In this document: positions 34,946 through 45,346 of the stretch, piece after piece
Layout of the letters: each line of letters begins with the position of its first letter
How positions within the stretch are numbered: position 1 is the stretch's first letter
From: a virus
Taxonomy: Duplodnaviria > Caudoviricetes
IMG/VR virus record: IMGVR_UViG_2767802758_000001
Coordinates: 1-64,000 of that record
Direction: 5' to 3' (one strand)
Length of the DNA: 64,000 nt
The notes under the pieces: generated by a model
The model's input: only the letters and a program-made list of their open reading frames with translations
Database searches by the model: none
What the model was told of the DNA's origin: nothing
Translations under genes and position numbers: made by a program

Positions 34946-37891
34946 ATGGCTGAGAGTGTCGGGGCAATCTACTATACGGTCGAGGCAGAAACGGCCAAGC
35001 TGATTAGTGATCTGGAAAACGCTAATAAGCGCCTCGAAATGCTTGAATCAGGCTTCAACAAAACAGATGCGTCCGCAAGAAAAGCGGATATGCAGCTAAC
35101 CAAGACCGCCGCAGCCGTGAGAAACCTTGGAAACGAAGGGGCGGGGGCGGAGAGAAAGATTGGTGGCTTGGTGAAGATGTTGGGCGGCCTCATCGCTGTG
35201 CAGAGCATTGGCGGAATCATCAGCCTAGCAGAAGGCTACAACGAGATGGCCGAACGCATTCGGATGGCTACTGGCAGCGTCGAGGAATATGAGATGGCCC
35301 AGGCTCGGCTGCTGGCTGGCGCAAACCGAACCTACCGAAGCCTGGAAGAAGCGCAGGAATTGTTTATCAGAACTGCAGACTCCTTGCGCGAAATGGGCTA
35401 TAGCACAGAGCAGTCTCTCGATGTTACTGATAGCTTGAGCTTGGCCTTTGTTAAGAGCGCAACCAGCGCTGATCGCGCCAAGATAGCAATGGGGGCGTTC
35501 TCACGGTCCTTGTCAAAGGGGCGGGTTGATTCTGATGCCTGGGAGATGATGCTTATCAGTATTCCTACGTTGGCTGACGACATGAGCGCCGCCCTAGGAA
35601 AGTCGGCGCAAGAAGTGCGAAAACTGGGAGCTGAAGGCAAGTTGACAACCAAGGAGCTTACGGAAGGGTTGCTGGGCTCATTGGAGAAAAATGGCGAAGC
35701 GGCCGATAACATGGCCACCACCGTGGCCGATGCGTTTACCAATCTGCGCAATTCCCTTGCCGTCTATGTGGGCGAGGCTAACCGGGCCAGCGGCTCGACA
35801 CAGCTTATATCCAGCGCAATCGTTTCCCTAGGCGAAAACATCGACCTGGTGGTCAAGTCGCTCATGCTGCTGGGCGCGGGTGCATTGGCTAAATACATTG
35901 CATCCCAAGGCTTGGCCACCATAGCCAGCCTTAAACAGGCATTGGCAGCACGACAAGAGGCCGCCACGGCATTGCAAGCCGCCCAGGCACGGAATGCGGC
36001 TGCCGTTGCGGCACTGGCCCACGCACGCGCTAATATTGGACTCACGACAAGCACCACAGCACTTGCGGCAGCAGAGAAAGCGGCTACAGTAGCGGCCGCT
36101 GGCTTGGCCACAGCGCAACGGGCGGCCAGTGCCGCTAGCGTCGGTATGTTGGGTATCTTGGGCGGCCCGGCTGGAGTTATTGCAATAGCGGCCAGTGTGG
36201 CCGCTGGCTTTCTTTTGATGGGCGATAACGCGGACAAGGCGGTCAAAGATATTGACGAATTGACTGGATCGCTTGATGGTCTTCATCAAAAACAGCTTGA
36301 ACTGAGAAAGCTTGACCTAGAAGAAGCCATAAGGAAAAACGGGGAGGCGCTTGAAGAAACGTCAGTGAGTGTTAATGCTCTGCGCAAGGATTACGAGGAT
36401 CTGCACGCACAGCTTGGGCGTGGCGTTTCTGACGATGATCTGAAGAACCTCACGCACACCATTACCGAGCAGGAGGTGGAGTTAACTAAGCTGGCCGACA
36501 AGCATTCACGACTTGAAACGGCGCTACTCAACGTGAATTCAGCGCTGCAGCAGGCCGCGGCCTCACAGCGAAGCCTGAATCAAGCGATGGATGACAGCCC
36601 CACGGACGACTATTTAAAGCGCTTGGTGGACCGAAAACACGCCCTTATTGATGGGAACAGCGCCACCAAGCAGGCAGAGCGTTATATCAAAACCCTGAAC
36701 AACGTCACGCCGGAGCGAATAGAGCAGATCCGAAAGGAAGCAGCGGAAATTGACCGGCTTGCGGCAGCACAGCGAAAAAGCACCCAAAGCCGTGGGGCTG
36801 GTAAAAAGGCCGAAACAGAGGCTGAGCGCTCTTACAAGCAAAACTCTGAAAGCTTGCGCAAGATGGCTGAATCTTTCGCGCTGGCCCACTTAGAGGGGGA
36901 GCAACTCGCCGTAGTCCAGGCGCGACTATCTTTAAATGACTATGCCACTCCTGAGCAGATCGAGAGTGCTGAAAAACTAGCGGTAGCGTTGCATAAGGTC
37001 AACGAGGCTCAAAAACTTAAAACCAAAGTTGGTGATGATCCTCAAGCTTATATTCGTGGGACTGATGACCCGTTGTCAGGTGGAGCATTTGATGACCAAG
37101 TGGCGCGCTATGACGCTGAGGCCATTAAAGAACAGGAACGGCATGAGGCTTCACTTAGTCGGCTACGGGAGGCAATGGAAGCGCAGAAGCTCACGCTGAC
37201 AGAGTACTACTCACAGTTTGAGGGCCTGACCGAAACTCACAACGCCCGTATGGGGCAGATAGATGCTGCTCGGCAATCGACGATGCTCAGTACTTACGGC
37301 TCTGCCTTCGACAGCATAGCTAGCTTGATTCGAAATTCCCAGGGTGAGCAGTCGGGAGCGTATAAGGCTATGTTCGCTGTGACGAAAGCATTTGCAATTG
37401 CTGATGCTGGGCTGAAGCTCAATATGGCGATTATGCAAGCTATGGCGGACCCCACCGCTTTGACGCCTATGCAGAAACTTGCAAATTACGCTGCGATTGC
37501 GTCGGCGGGTGCTGGGCTGCTGTCCAGTTTGTCATCCGCGTCGTTTGGCGGTCGCCAATACGGGGGTCCCGCACAGCCAGGCAAGATGTACCGCATCAAC
37601 GAAAACGGGGCGCCAGAGGTGTTCAATGCGGCTAACGGTCAACAGTTCATGATGGCCAATAGCCGTGGGCAGGTGGTGAGCAATAAGGATGCGACTGGCG
37701 GTGTTGGCGGGCTTTCTGTGCAGATCCATAACTACGGCGGCGCTCAGATCGAGCAGCGCATGACTAAAGACGAGTTCATTATCGAAATTGATAAGCGCGT
37801 GCCTGGAATTATGGCGGCCGAAGCCAAGAACAGTAACAGCCAGTTCCGGAAAAGCATGGGGCAATACACAGACGTGAGGCCAAGACGATGA
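34946..37891 (+). CDS. Tape measure protein
   Basis: 981 aa, Ala-rich helical, tape_meas domain (ADGY/EGYNEM.ERIR..T), C-terminal GGRQYGG. Confidence 0.93.
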   Translation: MAESVGAIYYTVEAETAKLISDLENANKRLEMLESGFNKTDASARKADMQLTKTAAAVRNLGNEGAGAERKIGGLVKMLGGLIAVQSIGGIISLAEGYNEMAERIRMATGSVEEYEMAQARLLAGANRTYRSLEEAQELFIRTADSLREMGYSTEQSLDVTDSLSLAFVKSATSADRAKIAMGAFSRSLSKGRVDSDAWEMMLISIPTLADDMSAALGKSAQEVRKLGAEGKLTTKELTEGLLGSLEKNGEAADNMATTVADAFTNLRNSLAVYVGEANRASGSTQLISSAIVSLGENIDLVVKSLMLLGAGALAKYIASQGLATIASLKQALAARQEAATALQAAQARNAAAVAALAHARANIGLTTSTTALAAAEKAATVAAAGLATAQRAASAASVGMLGILGGPAGVIAIAASVAAGFLLMGDNADKAVKDIDELTGSLDGLHQKQLELRKLDLEEAIRKNGEALEETSVSVNALRKDYEDLHAQLGRGVSDDDLKNLTHTITEQEVELTKLADKHSRLETALLNVNSALQQAAASQRSLNQAMDDSPTDDYLKRLVDRKHALIDGNSATKQAERYIKTLNNVTPERIEQIRKEAAEIDRLAAAQRKSTQSRGAGKKAETEAERSYKQNSESLRKMAESFALAHLEGEQLAVVQARLSLNDYATPEQIESAEKLAVALHKVNEAQKLKTKVGDDPQAYIRGTDDPLSGGAFDDQVARYDAEAIKEQERHEASLSRLREAMEAQKLTLTEYYSQFEGLTETHNARMGQIDAARQSTMLSTYGSAFDSIASLIRNSQGEQSGAYKAMFAVTKAFAIADAGLKLNMAIMQAMADPTALTPMQKLANYAAIASAGAGLLSSLSSASFGGRQYGGPAQPGKMYRINENGAPEVFNAANGQQFMMANSRGQVVSNKDATGGVGGLSVQIHNYGGAQIEQRMTKDEFIIEIDKRVPGIMAAEAKNSNSQFRKSMGQYTDVRPRR

Positions 37892-38385
37892 ATGATGAGT
37901 GCCTGCTACGGTTTCCGTTTTCGCCTTTGCAGGCGAGCTTGGCTGCTAAGTTTGGGTCCGGGGTTATATCGACTTCGGTTCCGGGCGGGCCAAGCCTTAT
38001 GCGGCTGGATACGACGGGGAATGTTCACACGGTTAGTGCTTCGTGGAACCTGCGCCCGGCTGACTACGACATGTTTATGGGATATGTGCGCAACTGGGAG
38101 CGGTCCGGAGGTGATCCGTTTCTGATCTCGCTACGCCTAGAGGGTTCAGAGTCTCAGGAGTACAGGGCCACTTTCATACCAGGATCGTTTTCCCGCCCGA
38201 CACGAAGCGCCGGAGTGTTCACCGTGGAGGCCCAGATGGAGGTCCTGCCAAACTTCGTCTCCCCATGCAAAGACGAATGGGCCGCCAGAGCAATGATGGA
38301 TGCGGTCTTTGGCGATGATGTCTGCGAGGCCATCGATATTCTGGACAAAGTGGTTAATGAGGATCTGGTCTATGTCAGAGCATGA
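37888..38385 (+). CDS. Distal tail protein
   Basis: Immediately after the tape measure gene; GGPSLMRLD. Confidence 0.7.
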   Translation: MNDECLLRFPFSPLQASLAAKFGSGVISTSVPGGPSLMRLDTTGNVHTVSASWNLRPADYDMFMGYVRNWERSGGDPFLISLRLEGSESQEYRATFIPGSFSRPTRSAGVFTVEAQMEVLPNFVSPCKDEWAARAMMDAVFGDDVCEAIDILDKVVNEDLVYVRA

Positions 38386-38878
38386 TTTTTTCTTTAAGGC
38401 GCGAAGATCGGTATCGCGCATCGAAGGCCTGGAGATAAGCCATCCGTCTTTCTCCAGGTCTTTTTTTTGGGTCCGCAACCCAAACCCCTGGATGAAGCGC
38501 CAGGCGCTGGGCCATGGGGGCGGGGTGGTGCAGGAATATGAGTATCTGCCGATGCGCCTGCAGCCCAAGGACACGCGAGGGGATCTGGACTTTGGTATGC
38601 GGGTGGATTTGGGCGACTTGGGCGAGATCATTCCAGGTGAGCTGCAGCGGGTGATTGACGATGGGACGAGCCATATCAAGCCGACGGTAATTTACCGGGC
38701 CTGGCGCTCTGACAAGCTCAGCGAGCCGATGATCGGGCCGATTGTGTTGCAAGCGGACGAGATCTCGCGCACGCGTGACGGATCGTCGTTTGAAGCGGTT
38801 GCTCCGTATCTGAACTTGACTCGTACCGGTGAGGCGTACACGGTGGATCGGTTCTCGATGTTGCGAGGCTTTCTGTGA
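38372..38878 (+). CDS. Tail tip protein (DUF1833-like)
   Basis: LEISHPSFS...YLPM...VIYRAWRSD.LSEP. Confidence 0.75.
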   Translation: MSEHDFFFKARRSVSRIEGLEISHPSFSRSFFWVRNPNPWMKRQALGHGGGVVQEYEYLPMRLQPKDTRGDLDFGMRVDLGDLGEIIPGELQRVIDDGTSHIKPTVIYRAWRSDKLSEPMIGPIVLQADEISRTRDGSSFEAVAPYLNLTRTGEAYTVDRFSMLRGFL

Positions 38879-39213
38879 GTATCGATGCGCTGCTGGACCA
38901 GGTCTATGACCGAAAAACCAATAACTGCCTGCACTTTGCCGCTTCGGCCTGGCAGCACCTAACGGGCGACAGCCGTCTGCATAGCATCCGGGAAACCAAT
39001 GTTCTGGGCGTGAAGTCGGTAATGCGGCAGTTCAAGAAGGTGGCCGGGCCCACAGTAGCGCCATCCGTGGTGCTGATGGAGTCGGCCAGCGGGGATGTGC
39101 ACATTGGTGTTTGTATGCGCCGGCGTTTGCTGCACCTATGCGAACGCGGCGCTGAGTTTATGCCGTTCGAGTGCTACGCCGGGGTCTACCATGGGATGAG
39201 GTTTTATCAATGA
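38875..39213 (+). CDS. NlpC/P60-like tail tip assembly protein
   Basis: YDRKTNNCLHFA...HIGV...LHL. Confidence 0.75.
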   Translation: MSIDALLDQVYDRKTNNCLHFAASAWQHLTGDSRLHSIRETNVLGVKSVMRQFKKVAGPTVAPSVVLMESASGDVHIGVCMRRRLLHLCERGAEFMPFECYAGVYHGMRFYQ

Positions 39214-42098
39214 TTGTCGTAAATATCGTTCGCAACGTGCTGGAGCCTGAGAGCATCACGCGCCATGAGACTGACGATCTGATTGCTCTGTTGCGCGCGG
39301 AGTTCGGTGATCATGCGCCGGAGGGGGCGCGTCTCTATCACGAGCATGTCTCTGAGTACACCGATGTTACGCCGACCAGCAAAGAAGCCGAGGATGCGCT
39401 GCGTGATATGCCAGGGCCGTTCTACCTGGTGCTGGAGCCACAAGGCCCAGAAGTCTGGATTCCACTGGCGATTGCGGCGGTTGTGTCTGTCGCCAGCATG
39501 CTGCTGTTCAGACCACAAATTCCGAATACAGCCCAGCGAAATATCGCATCGGAGTCGCCCAATAACGGGCTATCAGCTCGGGCGAACCGAGAACGGGTCA
39601 ATGGCCGCATTCCGGATATCTACGGGACGGTACGTAGCACGCCTGATTTGCTGGCTGTTCCGTACTCGGTTTTCGAGAACCACGTTGAGAAAGAAATCGC
39701 GTACATGTGCGTTGGCAGGGGCCAGTTTGAGATCCACGATGTGCGTGACGACACGACGCCGGCTGATGAGATTGCGGGAATGTCTGTCGAAGTCTACGGG
39801 CCCAACACTTCGCCTAATGGTGGGGTGCCACAGCTTCGTATTGGAAACGCCATCAACACGCCGGTGCTGGCGGTCAAGCGATCGAATAGCGTGAACGGTC
39901 AGGTGTTACAGCCGCCCAACTCGTCCAGGCTGGTGTTCTCGCCCATGGTATTTGAGTCGCCCAATATCGTGCGTAGTACCAATCCAGATGTGGATTTCAC
40001 GGAACTGTTTTTGACAGGCGACGTTATTGAGGTGACGAGGGCCGCTGTGACGGCAGGCGTATATCAGTATGTCGCTCCATTGGACTCAGTGGGGGCTGCG
40101 AGCGAAGGGTTTATGGAGGACTCGGTTGGCTACCTTACGCTTGAAGGTGATCAGTCCGAGAATTGGGAGGTCGGGCAAACAGTCACAATCACCAACGGTA
40201 CATTTCATTGGATAGCGGTTACTGGCGGTGACGGCGGATACTTAGTAGACAAGTCTGCCAATATTAACGGCACATACGATATTTCAGGCGTCAGTATTGT
40301 CAGCAATATGGGTGTGACTTCTACCGTTCTTAGTCTTGATATCTCTCAGAACTACTCGGCATGGCCGGGAGCGATTGGGACCGTTCACACCTATCCTACG
40401 GGTAATCCGACGTTGACACGACCATCAGGGGAGGTGCTTTACGACCTGTCTGGTACGTACACAATCAACACCCTGACCAACAATGAGCTGTCGTTGTCAG
40501 ACCCAGCTTCTGTCAATGCGGATTGGAATGTACTGGAGAGCGAGTACGGTGGTATATCACCGGAATTGATTGTGACCGTTCAGGCTCAGAAAGAGCGGTG
40601 GGTGGGCTGGATGACGGTAGAGTCAGCAACCCCGATCAGTCGTGCCGTGTGCAACATTATTGCCCTCAATGGCCTGTATGCGGACAACGGGCAACAGCAG
40701 TATCGCCGGGATGTGGCTGTGCGGCTGGAGGCGGTGCCGCTTGATGCGGCGGGCAATCCAACTGCCAGCGCCAGGGTGTTTGACGGCGTTGTTCAGGGCT
40801 CGGCTACATCCCGCTCCACTCGGGCGGCCACGCTTAATGTTGATCTTGGGATGGAGTCGCTCAAGTGGCAGTTCCGCATGATTCGGACAAGTGACTCGGA
40901 TACCAACTTCGAGGGGCAGGTGATTAACGAGGTGAAGTGGCGGGATCTCTATGCGGCTTCGCCGGTCAATCAACCGCATTTTGGCGATGTGACCACTGTT
41001 TTGGCGTCTACATTTGCCACCGATGGGGCGCTGGCTGTTAAAGAGCGCAAGCTGAACCTGCTGGTAACGCGGCAGATCCCACTGAGAGAGGGGGCTGGCT
41101 TTACGTCTACGCTTCACTCAACACGCAATGCCGCTGACATCCTTTGCGCAATTGCCCTGGACCCCAGAATTGGCAACAGAAGCATGGCCGAGATTGATGT
41201 GGAGGGGATCTATGCCACAGCCGCTGAGATTGTCGATTACTTCGGCATTCCGGATGCGGCCGAGTTTTGCTACACGTTCGATAAGTCGGAAATGTCGTTT
41301 GAAGAGACGTTTCAGGCCGTGGCTAATGCGATCTTTTGCCAAGCGTACCGACAGGGAAGCCAGCTACGGCTGTTCTTTGAGCGTGAGACTGACGACAGCT
41401 CACTTCTGTTCAACCATCGGAATACGCTGCCGGGGTCTGAATCCCGGACGTTCTCATTTGGTCCGGCAGAAGGCTATGACGGCGTGGAGTACGAATACGT
41501 GTCGCCGGATGATGATGCGGTGGTGACGATCTATCTTCCAGACCAAAGCGCGGTTAAGCCGCAGAAAATCGAGTCTGTCGGGGTGCGTAGCCATCGGCAA
41601 GGTGGTCTGCATGCCTGGCGGGCCTGGAACAAGATTCAGCACCAGCACACCACCATGGAGCGGGATTGCCTGAGCGAAGCCAGCATGCTGGTGCTTGGCC
41701 AGCGTATTCTTTGCTCGGACACGACCAAGGCCGGAGAGCAGGGCGGTTATGTGACCGCTGTGGATGGTTTGGCCGTTCGACTGTCTCAGCCGATGGACTG
41801 GAGCCAGCCTGGGCCGCATGTGATGTTCATCCAAAACTCGGATGGTCAGACAGAAGGCATTCCTATCAGTTCGGCTGATGAGGATTTTTGGGCTTTGCTT
41901 AGCAGGCCGCCAAGGGTGCCGATTGTGACCAGCAGCGCACAGCCAACTGGCTACATCATTGGCAGCGGTACAGAGCAGCGCCAGGCAGTTCCTTTTATCG
42001 TCACGGCAAAGAATCCGATTGATGGCTTTAACGTTCGTTTAAGCGCTGTGAACTACGACCGCCGGTATTACGCCAAAGACGGCATGTATCGACAGTAG
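39210..42098 (+). CDS. Central tail tip / host-specificity protein (J-like)
   Basis: ~962 aa; RIPDIYGTVRSTPDL; ends AVNYDRRYY. Confidence 0.9.
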   Translation: MIVVNIVRNVLEPESITRHETDDLIALLRAEFGDHAPEGARLYHEHVSEYTDVTPTSKEAEDALRDMPGPFYLVLEPQGPEVWIPLAIAAVVSVASMLLFRPQIPNTAQRNIASESPNNGLSARANRERVNGRIPDIYGTVRSTPDLLAVPYSVFENHVEKEIAYMCVGRGQFEIHDVRDDTTPADEIAGMSVEVYGPNTSPNGGVPQLRIGNAINTPVLAVKRSNSVNGQVLQPPNSSRLVFSPMVFESPNIVRSTNPDVDFTELFLTGDVIEVTRAAVTAGVYQYVAPLDSVGAASEGFMEDSVGYLTLEGDQSENWEVGQTVTITNGTFHWIAVTGGDGGYLVDKSANINGTYDISGVSIVSNMGVTSTVLSLDISQNYSAWPGAIGTVHTYPTGNPTLTRPSGEVLYDLSGTYTINTLTNNELSLSDPASVNADWNVLESEYGGISPELIVTVQAQKERWVGWMTVESATPISRAVCNIIALNGLYADNGQQQYRRDVAVRLEAVPLDAAGNPTASARVFDGVVQGSATSRSTRAATLNVDLGMESLKWQFRMIRTSDSDTNFEGQVINEVKWRDLYAASPVNQPHFGDVTTVLASTFATDGALAVKERKLNLLVTRQIPLREGAGFTSTLHSTRNAADILCAIALDPRIGNRSMAEIDVEGIYATAAEIVDYFGIPDAAEFCYTFDKSEMSFEETFQAVANAIFCQAYRQGSQLRLFFERETDDSSLLFNHRNTLPGSESRTFSFGPAEGYDGVEYEYVSPDDDAVVTIYLPDQSAVKPQKIESVGVRSHRQGGLHAWRAWNKIQHQHTTMERDCLSEASMLVLGQRILCSDTTKAGEQGGYVTAVDGLAVRLSQPMDWSQPGPHVMFIQNSDGQTEGIPISSADEDFWALLSRPPRVPIVTSSAQPTGYIIGSGTEQRQAVPFIVTAKNPIDGFNVRLSAVNYDRRYYAKDGMYRQ

Positions 42099-42159
42099 CA
42101 ACTAGAGTACTAACACCACCTAACCCGCCTCACGGCGGGTTTTTTTATGGGTAAACGAG

Positions 42160-44085
42160 ATGGCAGAAAAATGCTTTCCGACACTGCAGGAACTGCGAGG
42201 CTTCGGCGTTGATGGTGATATTTGGCGGAAATTCATCAATGGGGAGATTGATGAGGTCAACCTGAACCGGAACGGGGTTGATGTTGAGACTCTGCTGACC
42301 TGGAAAGAGCGGGTCATGGAGATGGCGCAGCAGGCTGCCAATCTGCAGACGTACTTAACAAAATCGGATGCGAATGCTGCTCAGCCCCAGCCTAAAGGCA
42401 CTACAGCTCAAGTCACAAACGACCCAGATCCAGCCAATAACGGCTACTGGGTATCAGATGGGTCACAGTGGGTCTGGTCTGGAGTGCAGTCAGCAAGCAG
42501 ATCATCTGTAGACGAGATCGAGCGCAACACTTCGGTTCGTGACTCGCAGATGTACATCAATATCGCTTCGGCATCAAAGTCTGCATCAGGTTATTACGCT
42601 AATTTAGGTCAACAACGCATCATCGCTAACGCATCTACTGCGATGACTATGATTCCTGTGGTTCCTGGGCATCGATACCGGGTTCGTGCTGTATCTGTTA
42701 ATGGCGAGGTGGGAAATAAAGCAACGCTCGTGGGATTGGTTTTGGCTGATAGCCAAATCTACCCTCGTGGCGCAATTGCTGGTACAGATTGGTTAGAGGG
42801 TGATGGGGTAGACGATTATTATGTGGATATCCCTGATATTAGCCAAGCACGGTTTTTGGCACTAAATACCCAAGTCGCGGGCAGGGACTACACAGGCAGG
42901 GTCGAGGTATACGATATATCACATGACGTCATCGACGCTGGTAGCGCATCAGTAAAATTTCTGGGCGCAGCTGGTGTTAGCGACTTCAGGTCTGATCCCG
43001 TGAACTATGCTGAGGCCGGAATCTTCCTGGGTGGAAAATATGTCAGCCTTAGCTCATCTTCTCCAAACTATGGAAAATTGCTTACTGCGGCCGGAACAGG
43101 GGCGGTTATGTTCCCTGTTACTCCAGGTGAGTCATATCAAGTTACAGCGTCCTCATTCCCGTCAAATTTGTTCGCTATTGCATTTAAGCCGAACGCTAAT
43201 GCCCGCTCTGCAGATACGGTCAGAAGTCCCGGTATATACACCGGGTCAGGTGCGTCCAGGCAGTTTACTGTTCCCGATGATGAGTCTATTCGTTTTGCTA
43301 TTGTCAATGCTGTAAACGATGTGGAATCCTGGGATATTCGGCCAGGTTTAGTGATTGAGTCAATTACCGATTCCGTGTCTTTTTTTGGTGGGAAAAAATT
43401 GGCGGACGCCGTCTACGCGCAAGAAAGCGTCTTGACGTTTCCGGCGCGGGCGCGGGGGAAACTGTGGGTGGCAGTCGGGGACAGTATTACGGAAAAAAAC
43501 TTTCGGACAAATAAAAACTATCACGATTACATCGCTGAGGCGTTCAGCGGCTTAGTAGTCGAAAACCGGGGCATCAGCGGTAGCGGGTTCTATGATCGTT
43601 ACTCTGTAGCGGATGTAATTACGTCAACGCCTGATCTGATCACGGTGTTTCTGGGAACCAACGATTGGGGCGGTGTGCGCGAGGCATCGTCTATGCCTCT
43701 CGGTGTGTTTGGCGATGTAGGAACCGAAACAGTAGCCGGGTGTATCAATCAACTGCTGACATCGTTGGTCGCGAAATTCCCTGGGGTACCTATTGGAGTG
43801 GCGACGCCACTACCAAGGCTCACTAGCTGGGGCGATCCTGGAGCGGTGAACTCGCGTGGGTACACGCTGCACCAGCTTTCAATGCTCATCATCAGGTATG
43901 CGCGGCACCTGTCATTGCCTGTCATTGACCTGTATTCGACGTCTGGCCTGCCTGTTTATGACCCGGCAGGCAACGCCCTATTTTTTACAGCGCCTGGGCA
44001 GACAGAGCCTGACGGGCTGCATCCAAACGATGCGGGTCATCGAGTGATTGCAAGGAAATTTGCGGCTCTATTGTCAGATATGTAA
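42160..44085 (+). CDS. Tail spike/fibre with C-terminal SGNH/GDSL esterase
   Basis: GDSITE (block I), GISGS, LGTND, DGLHPN; N-terminal virion-attachment segment (NNGYWVSDG..W). Confidence 0.88.
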   Translation: MAEKCFPTLQELRGFGVDGDIWRKFINGEIDEVNLNRNGVDVETLLTWKERVMEMAQQAANLQTYLTKSDANAAQPQPKGTTAQVTNDPDPANNGYWVSDGSQWVWSGVQSASRSSVDEIERNTSVRDSQMYINIASASKSASGYYANLGQQRIIANASTAMTMIPVVPGHRYRVRAVSVNGEVGNKATLVGLVLADSQIYPRGAIAGTDWLEGDGVDDYYVDIPDISQARFLALNTQVAGRDYTGRVEVYDISHDVIDAGSASVKFLGAAGVSDFRSDPVNYAEAGIFLGGKYVSLSSSSPNYGKLLTAAGTGAVMFPVTPGESYQVTASSFPSNLFAIAFKPNANARSADTVRSPGIYTGSGASRQFTVPDDESIRFAIVNAVNDVESWDIRPGLVIESITDSVSFFGGKKLADAVYAQESVLTFPARARGKLWVAVGDSITEKNFRTNKNYHDYIAEAFSGLVVENRGISGSGFYDRYSVADVITSTPDLITVFLGTNDWGGVREASSMPLGVFGDVGTETVAGCINQLLTSLVAKFPGVPIGVATPLPRLTSWGDPGAVNSRGYTLHQLSMLIIRYARHLSLPVIDLYSTSGLPVYDPAGNALFFTAPGQTEPDGLHPNDAGHRVIARKFAALLSDM

Positions 44086-44193
44086 CGCTGTAAAAAAATG
44101 ATGCCCGGTTAAGCCGGCTTTTTTTACGTCTGCTGCTTTGGCGGCGCTTCACGGGAGACAGCCATGCCGACCGTAAACAAGGGGAAGAAATCA

Positions 44194-44418
44194 ATGTTGC
44201 ACAATGACGCCGCTCATTTGCCCATAAGCACTGGCTCGGCACTGCTTATTTATGGATGGACGATGCAGGATTTTGTGCTGACGCTCTGGGCAGCCTATGT
44301 AGTGATTTTGATTGTGACTAAGCTGCCCGATTTCTTGCGTGCGGCAGCCCGTTTGGTTGGTGGCCTGCAGCGTGCCTGGGGGAATTTCAAGGAGTGGAAG
44401 CGTGGATCTAAAAACTAA
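44194..44418 (+). CDS. Holin
   Basis: Hydrophobic helices with basic C-tail; precedes the lysozyme gene. Confidence 0.7.
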   Translation: MLHNDAAHLPISTGSALLIYGWTMQDFVLTLWAAYVVILIVTKLPDFLRAAARLVGGLQRAWGNFKEWKRGSKN

Positions 44419-44860
44419 GGTCGGTACTGGGATAGTTGCGGCTGCGATTGGTCTGGTTGCCGCTTGGGAAGGCCGTTCACTGGTTGCCTATGTGGACCCG
44501 GTGGGCATCCCGACTATTTGCGACGGCTATACCCATGGCGTGAAACTGGGTGATGTGGCCACGCCTGAGCGGTGCGATGCCTTGACTGAGCAGGAGGTGC
44601 GCAGGGCGCTGGCGGTTGTGGATGGCTCGACGCCTGGCCAACTGCCCGACGGCGTACGCGTGGCGCTGGCCAGCTTCGTCTACAACGTGGGGCCTGGCGC
44701 TTACGGTGGGTCCACGCTGTTGCGCAAGCTGCGGGCTGGCGATCTGACTGGGGCCTGCAACCAACTCCCGCGCTGGGTGTATGCCGGTGGCAAGAAGCTG
44801 CGTGGCCTGGAGTTACGCCGAGAGGCCGAGAGAAAGATATGTCTATCCGGTCTGCAATAA
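44402..44860 (+). CDS. GH24 lysozyme, SAR-type endolysin
   Basis: Gly/Ala-rich N-terminal SAR helix; E-x8-D-x5-T triad (EGRSLVAYVDPVGIPT). Confidence 0.93.
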   Translation: MDLKTKVGTGIVAAAIGLVAAWEGRSLVAYVDPVGIPTICDGYTHGVKLGDVATPERCDALTEQEVRRALAVVDGSTPGQLPDGVRVALASFVYNVGPGAYGGSTLLRKLRAGDLTGACNQLPRWVYAGGKKLRGLELRREAERKICLSGLQ

Positions 44861-45321
44861 CGGGGGCTGCTGTACTGGCAGCCCTTTTTCTTGGCCTGCA
44901 GATGTACGGTGCTTCCCAGCACAAGAAGGGCTATGACAAAGCCCAGGCCGAATACATGATCGCTGTTGCGCATGCAGAGGGCAGGGCACGGCAGATCGAA
45001 CACGAGTTAACCGAAGAAATGGAGGCCAGGGACCGTGACACCCAGGAAAAACTTGCACAGATTGCTACTGCTGAGCGCCGCGCTGCTGATGAGCGGGTGC
45101 GCCAGTCAGCCCAAGAATACGCAGCCCGCTATCGTCGGGATACCGAGATTGCCAGCGCTGCCGCAGAGCGCCAAGCAGCCGACACCGCCATCCGAATGTT
45201 TGCCGAGCTGCTTGGCGGGCTTGATGAGGCTGCGGAAGCCTATGCTGCAGAGGCTGACCGCCGCAGAGTAGCTGGCTTGGCGTGTGAGTCAGTGTACTCA
45301 AATGCCCTTACGGTAAAATAG
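44839..45321 (+). CDS. i-spanin (Rz-like)
   Basis: N-terminal TM plus periplasmic coiled coil. Confidence 0.85.
   Translation: MSIRSAITGAAVLAALFLGLQMYGASQHKKGYDKAQAEYMIAVAHAEGRARQIEHELTEEMEARDRDTQEKLAQIATAERRAADERVRQSAQEYAARYRRDTEIASAAAERQAADTAIRMFAELLGGLDEAAEAYAAEADRRRVAGLACESVYSNALTVK
45035..45271 (+). CDS. o-spanin (Rz1-like) lipoprotein embedded in Rz
   Basis: LLMSGC lipobox, Pro-rich, nested in a different frame. Confidence 0.85.
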   Translation: MTPRKNLHRLLLLSAALLMSGCASQPKNTQPAIVGIPRLPALPQSAKQPTPPSECLPSCLAGLMRLRKPMLQRLTAAE

Positions 45322-45346
45322 AGGAGAGCTAGAAGGGGATAAAAAG

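Noticed and set aside
42160-44085. Diversity-generating retroelement targeting the tail spike
   Set aside because: No reverse transcriptase and no template/variable repeat pair seen
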